Source: Vitrella brassicaformis CCMP3155
Lineage: Eukaryota; Protista; Chromerida
DNA: 64,000 bases
Assembly: GCA_001179505.1 (NCBI GenBank)
Contig: CDMY01000091.1
Location: forward strand, 130,819-194,818
Direction of reading: 5' to 3'
The position numbers and the translations under genes were made by a program. The notes beneath the pieces are model-generated. The model was not told the DNA's origin. It was given only the letters and a program-made list of their open reading frames with translations, and searched no databases. Of the stretch, positions 1-12,168 are shown in pieces. Numbering within the stretch: the first letter of the stretch is position 1; the number at the start of each line of letters is the position of its first letter.

Positions 1-130
1 GCCAGTGGCTGCACCCGCTGCTCGTCGGACAAGTGGTACGCTCACCCTCCCACACCCCCTCCCTCCCTCCCTCCCTCCCCTCCCTCCCTCTCTATGTCGC
101 TGTGTGTGTCGAATGCCGACTGTCTGTCAG

Positions 131-999
131 GTCGTGTGTAACCCGCCGTTTTGGATCCGCACGCTATGGAACTTCTGCCGCATGTTCCTGAGCAAGGCCA
201 TCTGCGACAAGTTCGTCTTCCTCCCCCCCTCACCGCCCATCGACATCCCCACCCCCACGACCTGCAAGTCGGACACCACACTCCCATCCAGACCCACAAA
301 GCACAGCAGTGCACATCATCGGCAGCCGCCCGTCAGCCCTTCATGCGCGCCGCAGCAGCACCAACAGCAACAGCAAGACTGCGCGAGTGGGTTTGGGAGC
401 ATTGCGGTCTTCGACCCCATCCTGGAGCTGGTCGATCCAGAGGTACCCACACACACACACAGTTCGGTTGTCTGGCTCGTGTGTCGCATAGAGAGAGGAG
501 GCCACCTGCATCCCTTTCTTGTCTGCAGGACCTGCCGCTGTGGCTGGGGGGCAACTGCGACTGTGTCGGCGGGTGCATCAAGAACTACGGCGCCTTCCAG
601 GCGCACCCACACCCCTTCAAGAAGGACGCCCCCCACTCCCACAACATCACCCTCGACCCCGCGCAGATTCGGGCGCGGTTCCTCTCACTCAACGCCTTCC
701 ACGCACTCAAGACGGCCGACATCCGATCGCCATCGAGCTTGTCCAGCCGATGTTGCAACGAGTCATCTGGCAGCGAAGAGCAGAGCTTACTGACGACGGT
801 GCCGTCCTCACCGACGGTGTTGTCTTCCCCGACAATGCCGTCCTCCCCGTTGGTGCCCTCCTCCCCGACTGCGAGTGATGGCGTGGATGAGGCTGCCGTC
901 GTGGCCCGGCAAAGGCGGGGCGTGTGGCGTGCGTCGAACAGCCTGGCGGACTGGGAGATGCTCAGGCAGGTGCACGAGGAGGTTTTCTTCAGTGTGTGA
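131..999 (+). CDS. Sec14/CRAL-TRIO lipid-binding protein, 3' exons (5' part lies upstream of the window)
   Basis: Exon 131-442 (VVCNPPFWIRTLWNFCRMFLSKAICDKFVFL) splices through GT-AG intron 443-528 to give LELVDPE|DLPLWLGGNCDC. This matches the CRAL-TRIO C-terminal signatures (IINAPwwf..lw...kpFL...t..Ki; l.e.id.d.LP..yGG). A Ser/Pro-rich tail follows; the exact last exon is uncertain. Confidence 0.75.
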
Positions 1000-3478
1000 C
1001 TCACTCACCTCTCTGTGTGTGTGGCTGCTCGTGAGGTGAGGCAGCTGGCTGGCTGCTGCGTGCATAGGTACTGCATGGCAATGCGTTTTTGGCGTCGTGT
1101 GGTGTGTTGTGGTGTGCTTTGTGGTGTGCTTTGTGGCGTGCTGCTGGGTGAGGGTTGTGCGTGTGTGGACGGTAGGTACCGCTGCTGATGGTATGATGGT
1201 ATGGGTGGAGAGATGTTTTGCACAATGACTGACTGACATTGGTGGACGGGTGCTCTCGCGAATGTGCGTGAGAGGCACAGCACCCGTATACTGGTTGGAT
1301 GAATGGCTGCTGAAAGGATGGCTGCCACCCACCCCACTGCCCACTGCGCCCACTCCTGTGTGTTTGTGCAGATGTCTATGTGTGTGTTTGCCTGCGGGAT
1401 GGATGGATGGAATGGCGAATGGCTTTTCTGTGCTGCCCCGATCTCTGTTGGTGTGATGTATGCTCTGTAAGGTGTCTTCATCCGTCGACATGTGCCTGTG
1501 GCGTACAATTGCTGGAGATTAACTTTCTCGCGTACGCAGTGGCAAAGGAGGAAGGAACACACACGCGGATGCATGGCTGGCTGGATGGATGCATGGCTGA
1601 GTGATACATTGGTTCATGCATTTAACATAACCCTCACACTACCTCTCCGTCTGTCTGTCTGTCTGGCTTGGCTGACACTGCTGGCTGCCAATGTGTATTG
1701 ACTGGTGTTTCTATCAGCCCACCCATCTACTTATCCAATATATCAACTTTCTTCTGCACCGCCGATATGCCTTGGTATTTGCTGGCTGCCTGTGGGGACC
1801 ATGCCTGAGGGGCGATTGGGCTGGCTCCTGCCCCAACTGGTTGTCATTCTCAATCCGTCCGCTGTGCTCCCGTCACCAGTTCGTCTCCAGCGACCGTGGG
1901 CCAATGGTGCGGTGTCACTTCACCGCTCCGTTGCACCACTCTCGCCAAGCACGCATTGGTGACGGGAGGCAAGGCGAGCGTGAAGACGGTCACGCCTGTC
2001 TCGGACAGTGAGTGCACCTGCGTGTCTGTGTGGTGAGATTGCATGGGGGTTGGCTTCGGTGCTCAAGCCACACAAGAGGATTTGTGCTGGTGTCTTTTCT
2101 GGTCCTCCTGTTGGTGTTGGTGTTGGTGTGTTTGTCTGTGCCATTGCACTGCATTGCACTGCATTTGTCGTGAATGCGTTTTTCGTATTTCCTCATAACA
2201 TGTCCATCTACTCATGGAGAGGCGCTTTCTGCCAGCCTCCCATACGCTTTCTACGCTACTTCCGTCCCTCTCGCTCTCTCTCTCTTCGCTGCGTACAATG
2301 TGGGTGCCGTAATTAGTAGTCCCGTGTGTGCGCGCACACGTGTGTGTCCATGTCCTCACTGACAAACAAATGCGGCTGTGGACATTGGATGCGATGGATC
2401 GCCGGCTGCCCTGGCTGCTCTTGGCTGCCTGGCTGTCGATGCTGTCTGTGGGTTTTCTGTCGGGTGGGTGCTGTTCGGGTGGGTGCTGTTTGCGTGGGTG
2501 CTGCGGGCATGGACGCACAGACACTGCTGGCACATGCATTGAGAGCAGTCTACTGACGCGCCCATTTCTCCCTCACTCAATCCCCGCAGCTGTTCATCCA
2601 TGGAGGATTGAAGGAGTGGCTTTTCTGTGCGTGTGTGTGTGTTGTTTGATGCTCACGGCTGCCTGGGGCTGGGGTGGGTGGGGAGGGAGGGAGGGAAGGG
2701 CGATTTGTCTTCCTGCTGCTCACCTGCTAAGGTGTGTGCAGTATATCGTTTTTGGCTTTTGGCTCATCCATCTGTGCTGCAATGTAAGTACTCAAAGACA
2801 GAGAGGGGAGGGCGAGTGGGGGGGTGGGAGGGGGGATGTGTGATGGGTACATTGGAAGGCAGGGCTGGTAGGCTTTCAGTTCGATGCACGCACTATGCTG
2901 CACGGACGGCGACGTGTTTTTGCCGAGAGCCCTTCCCTCGTCGTAGGTATACACAGATGTTCATTCCTTCATCCGGACATACACACAGACAGAGACATTG
3001 CTTGACGTGCTATAACTGACTGCTGTGTGGGGCTGTGTGCGATGGGCCCGCGAGGCGACGTTCTTTCAACTGTGCCTACCCTGCATGGGAGAATGGGGAG
3101 GTGTCTGCACGGGCGCAGTATGGTGGCGGGTGTCTCCGGGCACTCAGGCGGTGACTCACGACATGGTGGTTGAACACACTGAACATGTCACACAACCCTG
3201 ACAACAGCACAATCTTCGCCAGTCGGACAGAATCTAACCCAACGACGAGAACCAGGTAGCTTGTGAGTCGAGTGGCAGCAGTCAAACAAATATAAAATGT
3301 ACACAGCGATGACTGAGGGCTGGCTCCAAATCACACACCGGGCCGGCGTTGTGCATAAAAAGGCACTGAGAACTTGCCGGCCTTTGCTCCTTGCCATTTC
3401 CCTCTGTGTCTCTGGATGGGTGGTCGACGGCCGTGCATTCCGGCCCCCCACCACCAGCTATTCTCAACGCCACATGCA

Positions 3479-5268
3479 CTAGTCGCAGATGCTCCAGCCG
3501 CAGCTTGCCCTCCTCTTGTCTTGGGTCTCGCCAGACCAGTCGACCGCCTTCCTCCCGTCGTGGTGGGTGTACACCCACACCGGCCTCGGCGGCACGTGCC
3601 GCTCGACTTGAACCACCCGCCATCCCCCCGTCCCATCGGGCACCTTCGTATGTGTCTCGACGTGGTAGCCGCGAGCAGGCCGTGGGGCTGAGGGGCAGGG
3701 GCAAGGCAGGAGGACGCTGGTGTGCTCCGAGGGAGGAGGGGCGATGTGCGTGTAGAGAGGGGGGCCGACATAGTGTGTGCGGACGAATGGCCGACGGGAT
3801 GTGGGGGCTGCAGACTGTGGGGCGGGGGGAGGAGGGAAGGCAGCCGCAGCACCCTCAGCCTCCTTCTGCTCTTCTTCCTGCCGCCACCAATGCTGCAGTG
3901 CCTCGTCGGCTATTGATGCACAATCAGCCAAACATGAAAACATCGTGTGCACGTGAATGCGTGTGCATGCAGATCGATCACCTACCGGATGGTCGGTCGT
4001 CCCATTGGAACGTCTGCAGCTTCTTGGTCAGGTCGACGGCGCCCTCCCATCCCTCTGGCAGACAATCATCAAGGTTCGGAGGGTCCTGAGAAAAACAGCC
4101 CATCCATCACACTGGTGTATCAGTCCTCTGTTAACGCGTACCGCATCTATCGCGACGCGACGGGCGAACAGGTCCATCGACTCGTCGAGGTGGAAGGGGA
4201 AAACTTGTTGTATAGCAACACGTACCTCCACACACAATGATGCCGACAATCGACCTACACATTTGTCATATGGATGGACTGCGGGTGTGCTTACACGAGG
4301 CCACCAACCGCCCACGTATCAGTCTCTTCAGACTGGCCGCTTATGACTGTCTCCGGGGCCTGCTTGCACACCACACGGCAGTACACACACACAGAGAGAG
4401 AGAAAGGCTCAATCCCAGAGATCTCTTGTCGCCCTCATGTGCGATACGATCACCGTGTACTCGACGGTGCCTCCTCGGTCAACGATGTTCCCCCCTGCTA
4501 GCTCCAGCAGCCCTCTTCTGGTGATGCACGTGTCGTAGTCGATGACCTTCAGCTGCCTCCCGTCGAATATGCAGTTTTCGGCCTTGATGTCCCCGTGGAC
4601 CAGCTGAGTTCAAGAAGGACGCATCCACACATCACACGCATCTCACACACAGGCAAGCGAATGGCATTTCTTATTGAATACGGTACCCACCTGACTTGCG
4701 TGAAGGTGGCGGACGGCCAGGAGCAGCTGTTTGATGAGCTGCCGGCAGGTGCTGTGGAATATGTGGTGCTCCTCTCTCCACTTGGGAAGGTCGACCCCGT
4801 CGCACCTCTCCATGGCCACATACACCCACCCACCCGCAGCATAATCAGGCCCCGGCTCGCTGACGACGTCGATGACTCTGGCGAGATGTGGGTGGTTGGT
4901 GACGTCGCGCAGCAGGCCGTACGCCTCGGTCATCTCGCCGCTGTGAATGACAGGCAGAACAAGCAAGAGGGCATACAATGCAGTCGGGAAAACACACTAG
5001 ATCTTTTCTCCTGCTCACGTCCAGTGCCGCCATGCCACCTTCTTGACGATGCACGCCCGGCCCGTCCTGGTGTCCGTGGCCTCGTGCACGGCTGAGATGA
5101 GCCTGAACACACGCACCACCACGACCGATAGTCAGCAATGAGGGGACCAATGGGATCTTGGTGTGCTTGTCGCTTACTCCTCATCGATGCGCCTCTCGTG
5201 AATCAGTTTACCGATGTTGTACTCGTGGCTGATGTCAGCCACTTCTCGAAGGTCCTTGATCAAGGACA
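3479..5268 (-). CDS. Atypical Ser/Thr protein kinase (CAMK-like fold), about 9 exons, one apparent frameshift
   Basis: Spliced exons give subdomains in order: EYNIGKLIHE; VHEATDTRTGRACIVKKV (II); EMTEAYGLL (III); HPHLARVIDV; VYVAMERCDG; LIKQLLLAVRHLH; VHGDIKAENCIFDGRQLKVIDYD (VIb/VII); GGTVEYT|APE; DTWAVGGL|VYVLLYNK; AVDLTKKLQTFQWDDRPS|ADEALQHWW (XI). Frame breaks at about 4196-4203. 5' end unresolved and may extend to about 6050. Confidence 0.85.
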
Positions 5269-5529
5269 CTGGGGGAAAGAACCAAAGGGGGGGCTATCAC
5301 CCTGTGCACAGCGCCGACGGGGTTGGGGTTGCGCGAAGGATGGCTGAGGCGGGGCTGCAGACTGTGGGGCCGGGGGAGGAGGGACGGCAGCCGCAGCACC
5401 CTCAGCCTCCTTCTGCTCTTCTTCCTGCAGCCACCAATGCTGCAGTGCCTCGTCGGCTATTGATGAACAATCAGGCAAACACAAAAACATCGTGTGCACG
5501 TGAATGCGTGTCAATGCAGATCGATCACC
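3804..5529. repeat. Direct duplication of ~180 bp (3804-3982 and 5351-5529) containing an exon plus intron
   Basis: Both copies run from ggggctgcagactgtgggg to cagatcgatcacc with a few substitutions. Both encode ADEALQHWW(R/L)QEEEQKEAEGAAAA(F/V)PPPPAPQSAAP on the minus strand. Confidence 0.9.
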
Positions 5530-6541
5530 CGCTCCAGCCTCCCCTGTACCACCGCTCGTGTGTGCGGGCAGGTCCCCTGTGACGCCCAACAGCAAAAACA
5601 ATACTGCGGCACGGGCTGCTGCGGCTGCATGTCAATCCACCACGGACCTGACCACGCAACACACAGACAGCGACTGCCTTTCTGCTGCGTTGAGGGACGT
5701 GCGGCCATTCGTATGGGTGCATGTGTGTTGACGGTGTACCTGTGTCGTCTTATGTGTTGGTGTACTTGGTTCTATCTACCGCCGGGCAGACCGGGCCCAC
5801 CTGTGGACCTGAGTGCACCATCGACAGCCATGTGCTGCGGTGCTCACATCCGTCCACACCCACTCCATCCATGCGCACCTTTGCCTCCGGAGTGATGTCT
5901 GCTGCTGCCACGATGCGATGGCCTCACCGAGCTGCCCATAAATCGGCGAATTGCTCCCAGGTCCTCCTCCGCCTTCAGTGAAAAGCTCCCTGACCCGCTG
6001 CGCCCTCTCGGATCGACGATGCCCGCAGACGGAGATGGCCCTCATTCCCAGCCAAGTGGCGATGAACACAGCTGGCAGTGAAAACTGTGCGGCTGAGAAG
6101 GGCAATCATCGGAAGGGGCACAAGAATTGAGGGTTTGCGGGGTTTCGTCTCCGATTCACGACTGACGAAAAAGATGCAGTGGAACCTCGCAGATGACGCA
6201 TCTGCAGGAAATTCGCAAGATCTGACCCAAGACGATGCGGCTGACCATCAACCAAACAGGCGAGCAAACAGACAGGCTGAGAAAAGCAAGCAGACAGCCG
6301 AATGAAAGACAGGCAGAGAGGGCAGACGAGAAACAAAGAAAACAACGTTTGAAAGCAAATGGCTGTGTCTGTTTGATGTTTGTCACATGATGTCTGATGC
6401 AGAGCGGCTCCACTCGGCAACGAAGCAGCCTCCACTCCTCTCTCACCTGCAAAGCGTGAGCAGCACGGCGCACCAACACACCGCCAACACCTGCATCTCT
6501 CTCTTCTTTTCCGTGCAGATGGGACGGTGATCTGTTAATTC

Positions 6542-9500
6542 ATGGACACAAGTAGCGACGGCCCGGCCGCCTCTGCTGCAGGTCAGCACCGTACACGCCT
6601 GATGGACAGCCCCTTGTGTGCGTCATGCCCTGTGTGTCCTGACGACGTGCTGCAGCTGGGCAAGGTGGCGGTGGGAGCTCTTCTCGTGATCTTTTGCAGC
6701 AGATACATTCGGTGGGCGGAGAGAGAGCTCCAGACACGCAGCAGGGATGACGTCACTGTGTTGTTGGTTCTGGCTCACAGGTTGCCTTGCAGCTTGCCTG
6801 TGATGCTGGGCGGGCAGATCACGTCATAGCCTTACAAACCGACAGCACCACGCAGGTCCGCACGAAAGACCACATAGCCGAGCAGCAGCACTCAGTTGAT
6901 CTTAATGCCCCTGTCGGTGCAGGCTGGTGTGTCGCTGGCTGACAGTCTGGCAGCCATTCGGAACGCTCTCACCGACGCCCACTCGGCCCTCACCAAAAAG
7001 TTGGCGGTAAGAGTGGGATGACCGCTGGGAATGAATGGCTCACACTGGCCGCTCAACCTCCTTTACGTGTGTCCATGTCAGCGCGTTGGCGGCAAGGGTT
7101 TCCGTTGGTGTTGCAATGTCAACTACAGCGGGGTGGGCGGTGCTGTGACGTCGAATAAGACCGTCACCAAACCACACCGATCCATGGCGGTACGCACACA
7201 CAGACATGCAATGCACTACCAGCTCATGGTGATGGCATCTTTGCTGCTTGTGTGGTGTGGTTTGATGTCCATCCAGGTGCCTGGTCGTGACGAGGGCAAA
7301 CGTAGATGTGTAGCTATCGAAGCGGCTGATGCTGCCGCTGCTGGAGGTACACCAACCACACACGCATACACACACTGATAGATCGACCGCATCTTGATGG
7401 CCCTGTTGTCTTGTGTTGTCTTGTGTGGTGCTTTCAGGTGAGGCGATGGATGTGGGCGGTGCTGCAGCAGCGACACAGCAGCAGAGCACCGAGCCAACGG
7501 TGACACACGAGAGATATGACCATCTCTGCACGCACTTTCGACGTGTAATGCTTAATTGTGTGTGTCAGAAGGAGTACGGCGATCCGTGTCTGTCGGGTCT
7601 GCCCATGGACGTGTTTGCCTACATGGGCTCCTTCGTCACCACCAAGACGGCAATACGTCTGTCCAAAGTCGACAAGGAGATCCGCACGATGGCCACCGAC
7701 GAAACGTCCGGTATGTTCCGCAACTTTAGCGTGACGTTGGACGAGGAGGATAGCTACAGAAGGATGCGGGACGTGAACCAGCAGATGAGGCGCATGGTGA
7801 GAGGGAGAGGTGACGTGGGCACATGGGTGACACACACATGCTTTGACGCGACCCGTCGTGTGTGTGTGTGTGCATTCCAAGGTCAAGACTGCGTCTGTGC
7901 GGGCATCGGACGCGATGCCGCGTTTCGTGTTGTCGAAGTGTGTGGAGGCATGCACGACGACACTCGAGAAGCTCACGCTGGACATCGCCGACTATCCACA
8001 GGAGCTTCGCGCTTCTACCCGCGACGTGGTGGTGTTCCCCAAAGTGACATGCCTCCACATCCACAACGGAAGCACCATCGAACACATCAGGTGTGTCCAA
8101 AGGCAAGTGGAGGCGACCGATGCATCCACTCATCCCTATGATCGACATGTCATGTGTGTTTATCTGCAGGAGGCGTCGGTGGGTCTTTCCAGCCCTCACC
8201 ACCCTCCGACTGAGTGTGCGCTTCTTCGAGTTTGACAGCGTGCTAGTCCCATCCTTCGAGTCCATCCTCACCACATCGCCCATGATCGAGCGGCTGGAGG
8301 GCGACCGCATCGAAGTCGACGACGGCCAGTGGGCCTTCTTCACCGCCGCCCTGGGTCGCTGCCCCAACCTCATCACCATCACCGGCCTGAAGATCGACAT
8401 CCCCAGCCACTTCGGCTGCCTTAATCAGCTCAAAGCCGCCCTCAGCAAGCAATGGAGCAGCACACCAGAGAAAATGGGCACGCAAGAAACCCACGAGCAC
8501 CCGCATCTTTACGCTCTCATACGCAACATACTCATATCCTCTGTGTCCCTGCTGGACTACAGATTTGCGCAAGAAGCTGGGCTTTGTCGTGGTCAACGCG
8601 TCGATCGGTGGTGACTACGGCCAGCAGGGGGCTCCCGACTTAGAGGCCTTCCGTAGGTGGGCAGCCACCGTCAATTGCAAGCTCGATTGGCGGCCAGCCG
8701 GCAGGCCGCTGCTCGTCGAGTGCAGCAGCGGCGCTGCCACTGCCCTCCCTGCACCAGACGGCCTCTACGGACAGATCGCCACGCGGCTGGCGGCCAATGC
8801 GACCAATGTAAGGAACGGTACAGACAAGAAAAGCGAGAGGGCAACATGTATTCGCGTATCGGTGTGGGTGAATGTAGGTCAAGTTGGGGCTCGGCAACAC
8901 CCCGCTGCACAAGTCGTGGCGTGACGAGCTGATTTTCACCAAGGCCAAGACGCTCATCGTCGACTTCAAGGCGACCGCGAGTGCCTCACCTGTGGCCCAC
9001 ATCATCCCCGAGTGGCTGGCCGAGAGGAAGGGAGAGAGGAGCGGCCCCTTTCCCGCTGTCGAGGCTGACTCGCTGTCCTTGGCTGACATGCGTGCCGCCC
9101 GCAGCAAACACACGCCGTTTTTGGGCGGGCTGAGGTCGCTGAAGAGTGTCACCTTCAGCTCTCTGTCTAGCCTCACTGTCGCATACGAGTTTCTCTGCCA
9201 CCTGTCCGTAGACCAGCTAGATAAGGTAGAGATCGAGGAGGGCGAAGACCCCCTCGTGTGCGACAGGCCGGCGGACATCCCTGCCATACGGGGCGTCGGC
9301 TGCCCTCACATATACCGCCTGGTTTGTGGTGGCTTGTCCTCTAAGGCAGGCGTGACTGACTCCATTAAGCTAGCCCTAGTTCTGCGACCGGCACATGTCG
9401 AGTTGGAGGCATGGTTGGATGAGAATGAGCTGGAGGGAGAAAGTGAGGATGATCGGCTAGACGACCTCCACTCGTTTGCGGATGAGTGCGCCGAGCAGGC

Positions 9501-9579
9501 CGCACCACACTACACTGTCAAGGAGAGGGAGTGTAATGAATACTCAGCTTCCCTTACGCTCAAATTGGCAGCCAAGTGA
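6542..9579 (+). CDS. Multi-exon F-box-like protein with degenerate LRR-like C-terminal region
   Basis: An in-frame GT-AG exon chain runs MDTSSDGPAASAA|AGQGGGGSSSRDLLQQIHS|VALQLACDAG...|AGVSLADSLAAIRNALTDAHSALTKKLA|RVGGKG...|VPGRD...|GEAMDV. It then reaches the F-box-like DPCLSGLPMDVFAYMGSFVTTKTAIRLSKVDKEIR and LRR-like segments (TLEKLTLDI, FPKVTCLHI, FPALTTLRL, RCPNLITITGL, LRSLKSVTF). Stop TGA at 9577-9579. Confidence 0.65.
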
Positions 9580-9678
9580 GAGTGGCGGGGAGGCGGCCGG
9601 GCAGGGAGGGAGGGAGGGAGGGAGGGAAGACAGACTCTTGTACATACAGGTCGGCTGACTCTGTCTCACTCGCTCTTG

Positions 9679-9709
<31 letters not shown>

Positions 9710-10245
9710 ATCCCATGGCGCCTGCCATGTACTCACTGGTGTGATGGTGGGTCGGTCGAGGGAGGGCGGGCAGAGCGTCGTGGGCATGGGTAGCTGGAGT
9801 GTATCGATGTGTTCGCCTTAGCATGTCGATGGACTCTGGAAGGCTGACTGACTGTGCACTGTGCGGCGTGCTGGATGTGTCTGGCGAGAGAGAATTATCC
9901 CCTTGCATACCGCTGTTATGAAAGTCCGTCACACCCACACCCACAACACATTCACACACAAGCAGGCAGTCTGCCAACACCAACCCCCACGCGATGCCCA
10001 CTCTGATCACATCCATCGCTGCCTGTCATCTGCGGCCCTGGCCAGAAAGAGGCAGACAGAGAAACAGACAGGAATGCTGTCGTAACTCTCTCTGTCCGTC
10101 TGGTGAGGAAATTTGCGGCAGAGGGCATGCGCATGCAGAGGGGGCATGCGCATGTAGCCCCCAGTCTCTGCGTCACGACTCACGAGCGGCAGCCCCGTGA
10201 GTGTCGAGTCCCCCTCTCGCACCTGCCTCTCTCTCACCCACCAGG

Positions 10246-12168
10246 ATGACAAGCCCCGCCGTCCTCACGATCTTCAAAGATCCGGAGAAGCAAGAGGTTG
10301 AGAAGCAGCTCTCCCTCACCAAAATCAAAGACAGTGGTTTCTCCCACATCTTTCGCGGCCAATACACCAAGGAGAACTGCCAAACACTCGACGCCGCCTT
10401 CAAAGTTGTGCTGAAGGAGAGCAGCAACCAGATGTCAGCCCTTATCGCCGAAAACAAGTGCCTGATAGCGGCCGCCAAAACGCTGCGGGAGGCAGAAACA
10501 GCCGGCACGCTCTCCGCCGATGAGTGGCCGTTTGTGAAGTCGGTTTGCTTCCGTGGCGGCAGGAAGCCTGCCAGCATCACAACCACCAACGGGGAAGGGC
10601 AGCAGGAGACACATGATTGTCTCGTCCTCGTACTGCCATGGTTGCAGAGTAAGACATAGCGGAAAAATCCGTCATTCACGTCTCAACTGTCACTGATCGG
10701 TGTGTCTTATTTCAACGTGTGTTTTGCAGTCGGCGGCGATGGATTGGATGGCACGTATGTGGACATCTACAACTTGGTCGCCCGCTTCAATTTTGGCGCG
10801 ATATACCGCCGCCACCGGCCTCCCCTCCCAGCCACTGACATCGCAGCGATCAAGAAAGACATGATTATCGGGTTGCGAGGCGTATACCACTTTGGGCTTG
10901 CCCATTTGCGTGCCGCAACTGCGATGAAAAGGCTGGGAATCGACAACTTCACCAACGACGTCGAGATCAAGTGCGACGCGCTGCTGCAGGGGCTTGAAGG
11001 GCAAGAAGCCGGCAGCACGGCCTCTCCACAACCGCCGTCGCCTCTGCCCTCTCCCCTCCCCGCCATCCTCCCATGCAGCGGCGCCACCTTCCTGGATGTG
11101 GGGAGCATGATGCCAGGCGACGGTGACGAAGAGGGCGTCACTGTGAGGCTGCCACTGGAGTACGAGGAGCAGCTCAAGAGTCTGAAGATACCTGCTTTTG
11201 CCTACAACTGCATTGTGCCAGAGATGGCGGTGGTGTTCATGAGCGGGTGCATCGAGGACACGACGGGCGAGATATGGCAGGAGATGCTGGGCCTCAACCC
11301 AGCAGGGAGGGAGAGCGAGAAGGAGGAGATCGAGCAGCTCAAGAGGCTGTATTGGACAGCGGTGGAAAAGTTGGCGGGGCGAGGTGTTGTCGAGCTGGAG
11401 GAGGGACAGCCGAAGGCGATTTATCTGCGAGACACGGCGGTGACCTTTGCGCTTGGCCAGATGCTGCGGCATCTTGTGTCTGGGGACCCATATGAGGACA
11501 TCTATGTCGAGCGCATGAGGGAGGAGTGGGAGAAGAAGAAAGAGGAAAGCGCGTCCGCTGGCGAGGACATGACAGTGGCCTACTCATTCAAGAAGGTCAG
11601 AGAGGAGGTCAAGGGCGCCCTGAACTTCGAAAACCGGCGACAATTCCTCTTCGACAGCGACAACGGCACAGCCACCCCCAAATCTCTGCCATGGATGATA
11701 CCGCCTCTTGCTCTGCGATCCGAAACTGACCTGACCTTCGCTCGCCCAATTGGGCAAGATCTAGGTCAACTTGCCTACGAGGCATTGGACGCCGAGCCAT
11801 GGAAGCGCCCATCATTGGAGGCGTCAGTCAGGCGGATCGGCAATGTGCTGGAAAAAGCCATTGGGGCTGAAGGGGCAGAGAAGCGGGAAGAAGAGGAGGT
11901 CTCAGCACTACCAGCCCCAACAGCCGACAAGGGCAGCCCCACGGCAGATGCTGACACACCTTGCCAGTACCAGAAAGGACCACCTTCCGAATCTCGGCAC
12001 ACAAGCAGATGGCGGGGCCTCTGGAAGTGGAATCCTTTTCGTGCAAAGAGTGAAGAGCAGATGAAGTATACGATCAGTGAAGAGGATGGCTGGACAGTGG
12101 TGGAGGAGTTCAAGAGCGAGTTGAAGGAGTGGGAGATTGTGAACTTTGCTCTTGGGAGGGATTTTTGA
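10246..12168 (+). CDS. Highly divergent kinase-fold protein (probable pseudokinase), two exons
   Basis: Exon 10246-10648, intron, then exon 10730-12168 in frame. Ordered degenerate motifs: KDSGFSHIFRG (G-loop), AAFKVV (VAIK), AENK (alphaC Glu), LVLVLPWL (hinge), GLRGVYHFGLAHL (no HRD), FLDVG (DFG-like), IVPE (APE-like), QLAYEALDAEPWKRPS (subdomain XI). Confidence 0.6.

Noticed and set aside
1000-3100. Short ORFs and (CACCA)n/(GGAT)n repeats
   Set aside because: UTR/intergenic simple repeats with no consistent exon chain or motif.
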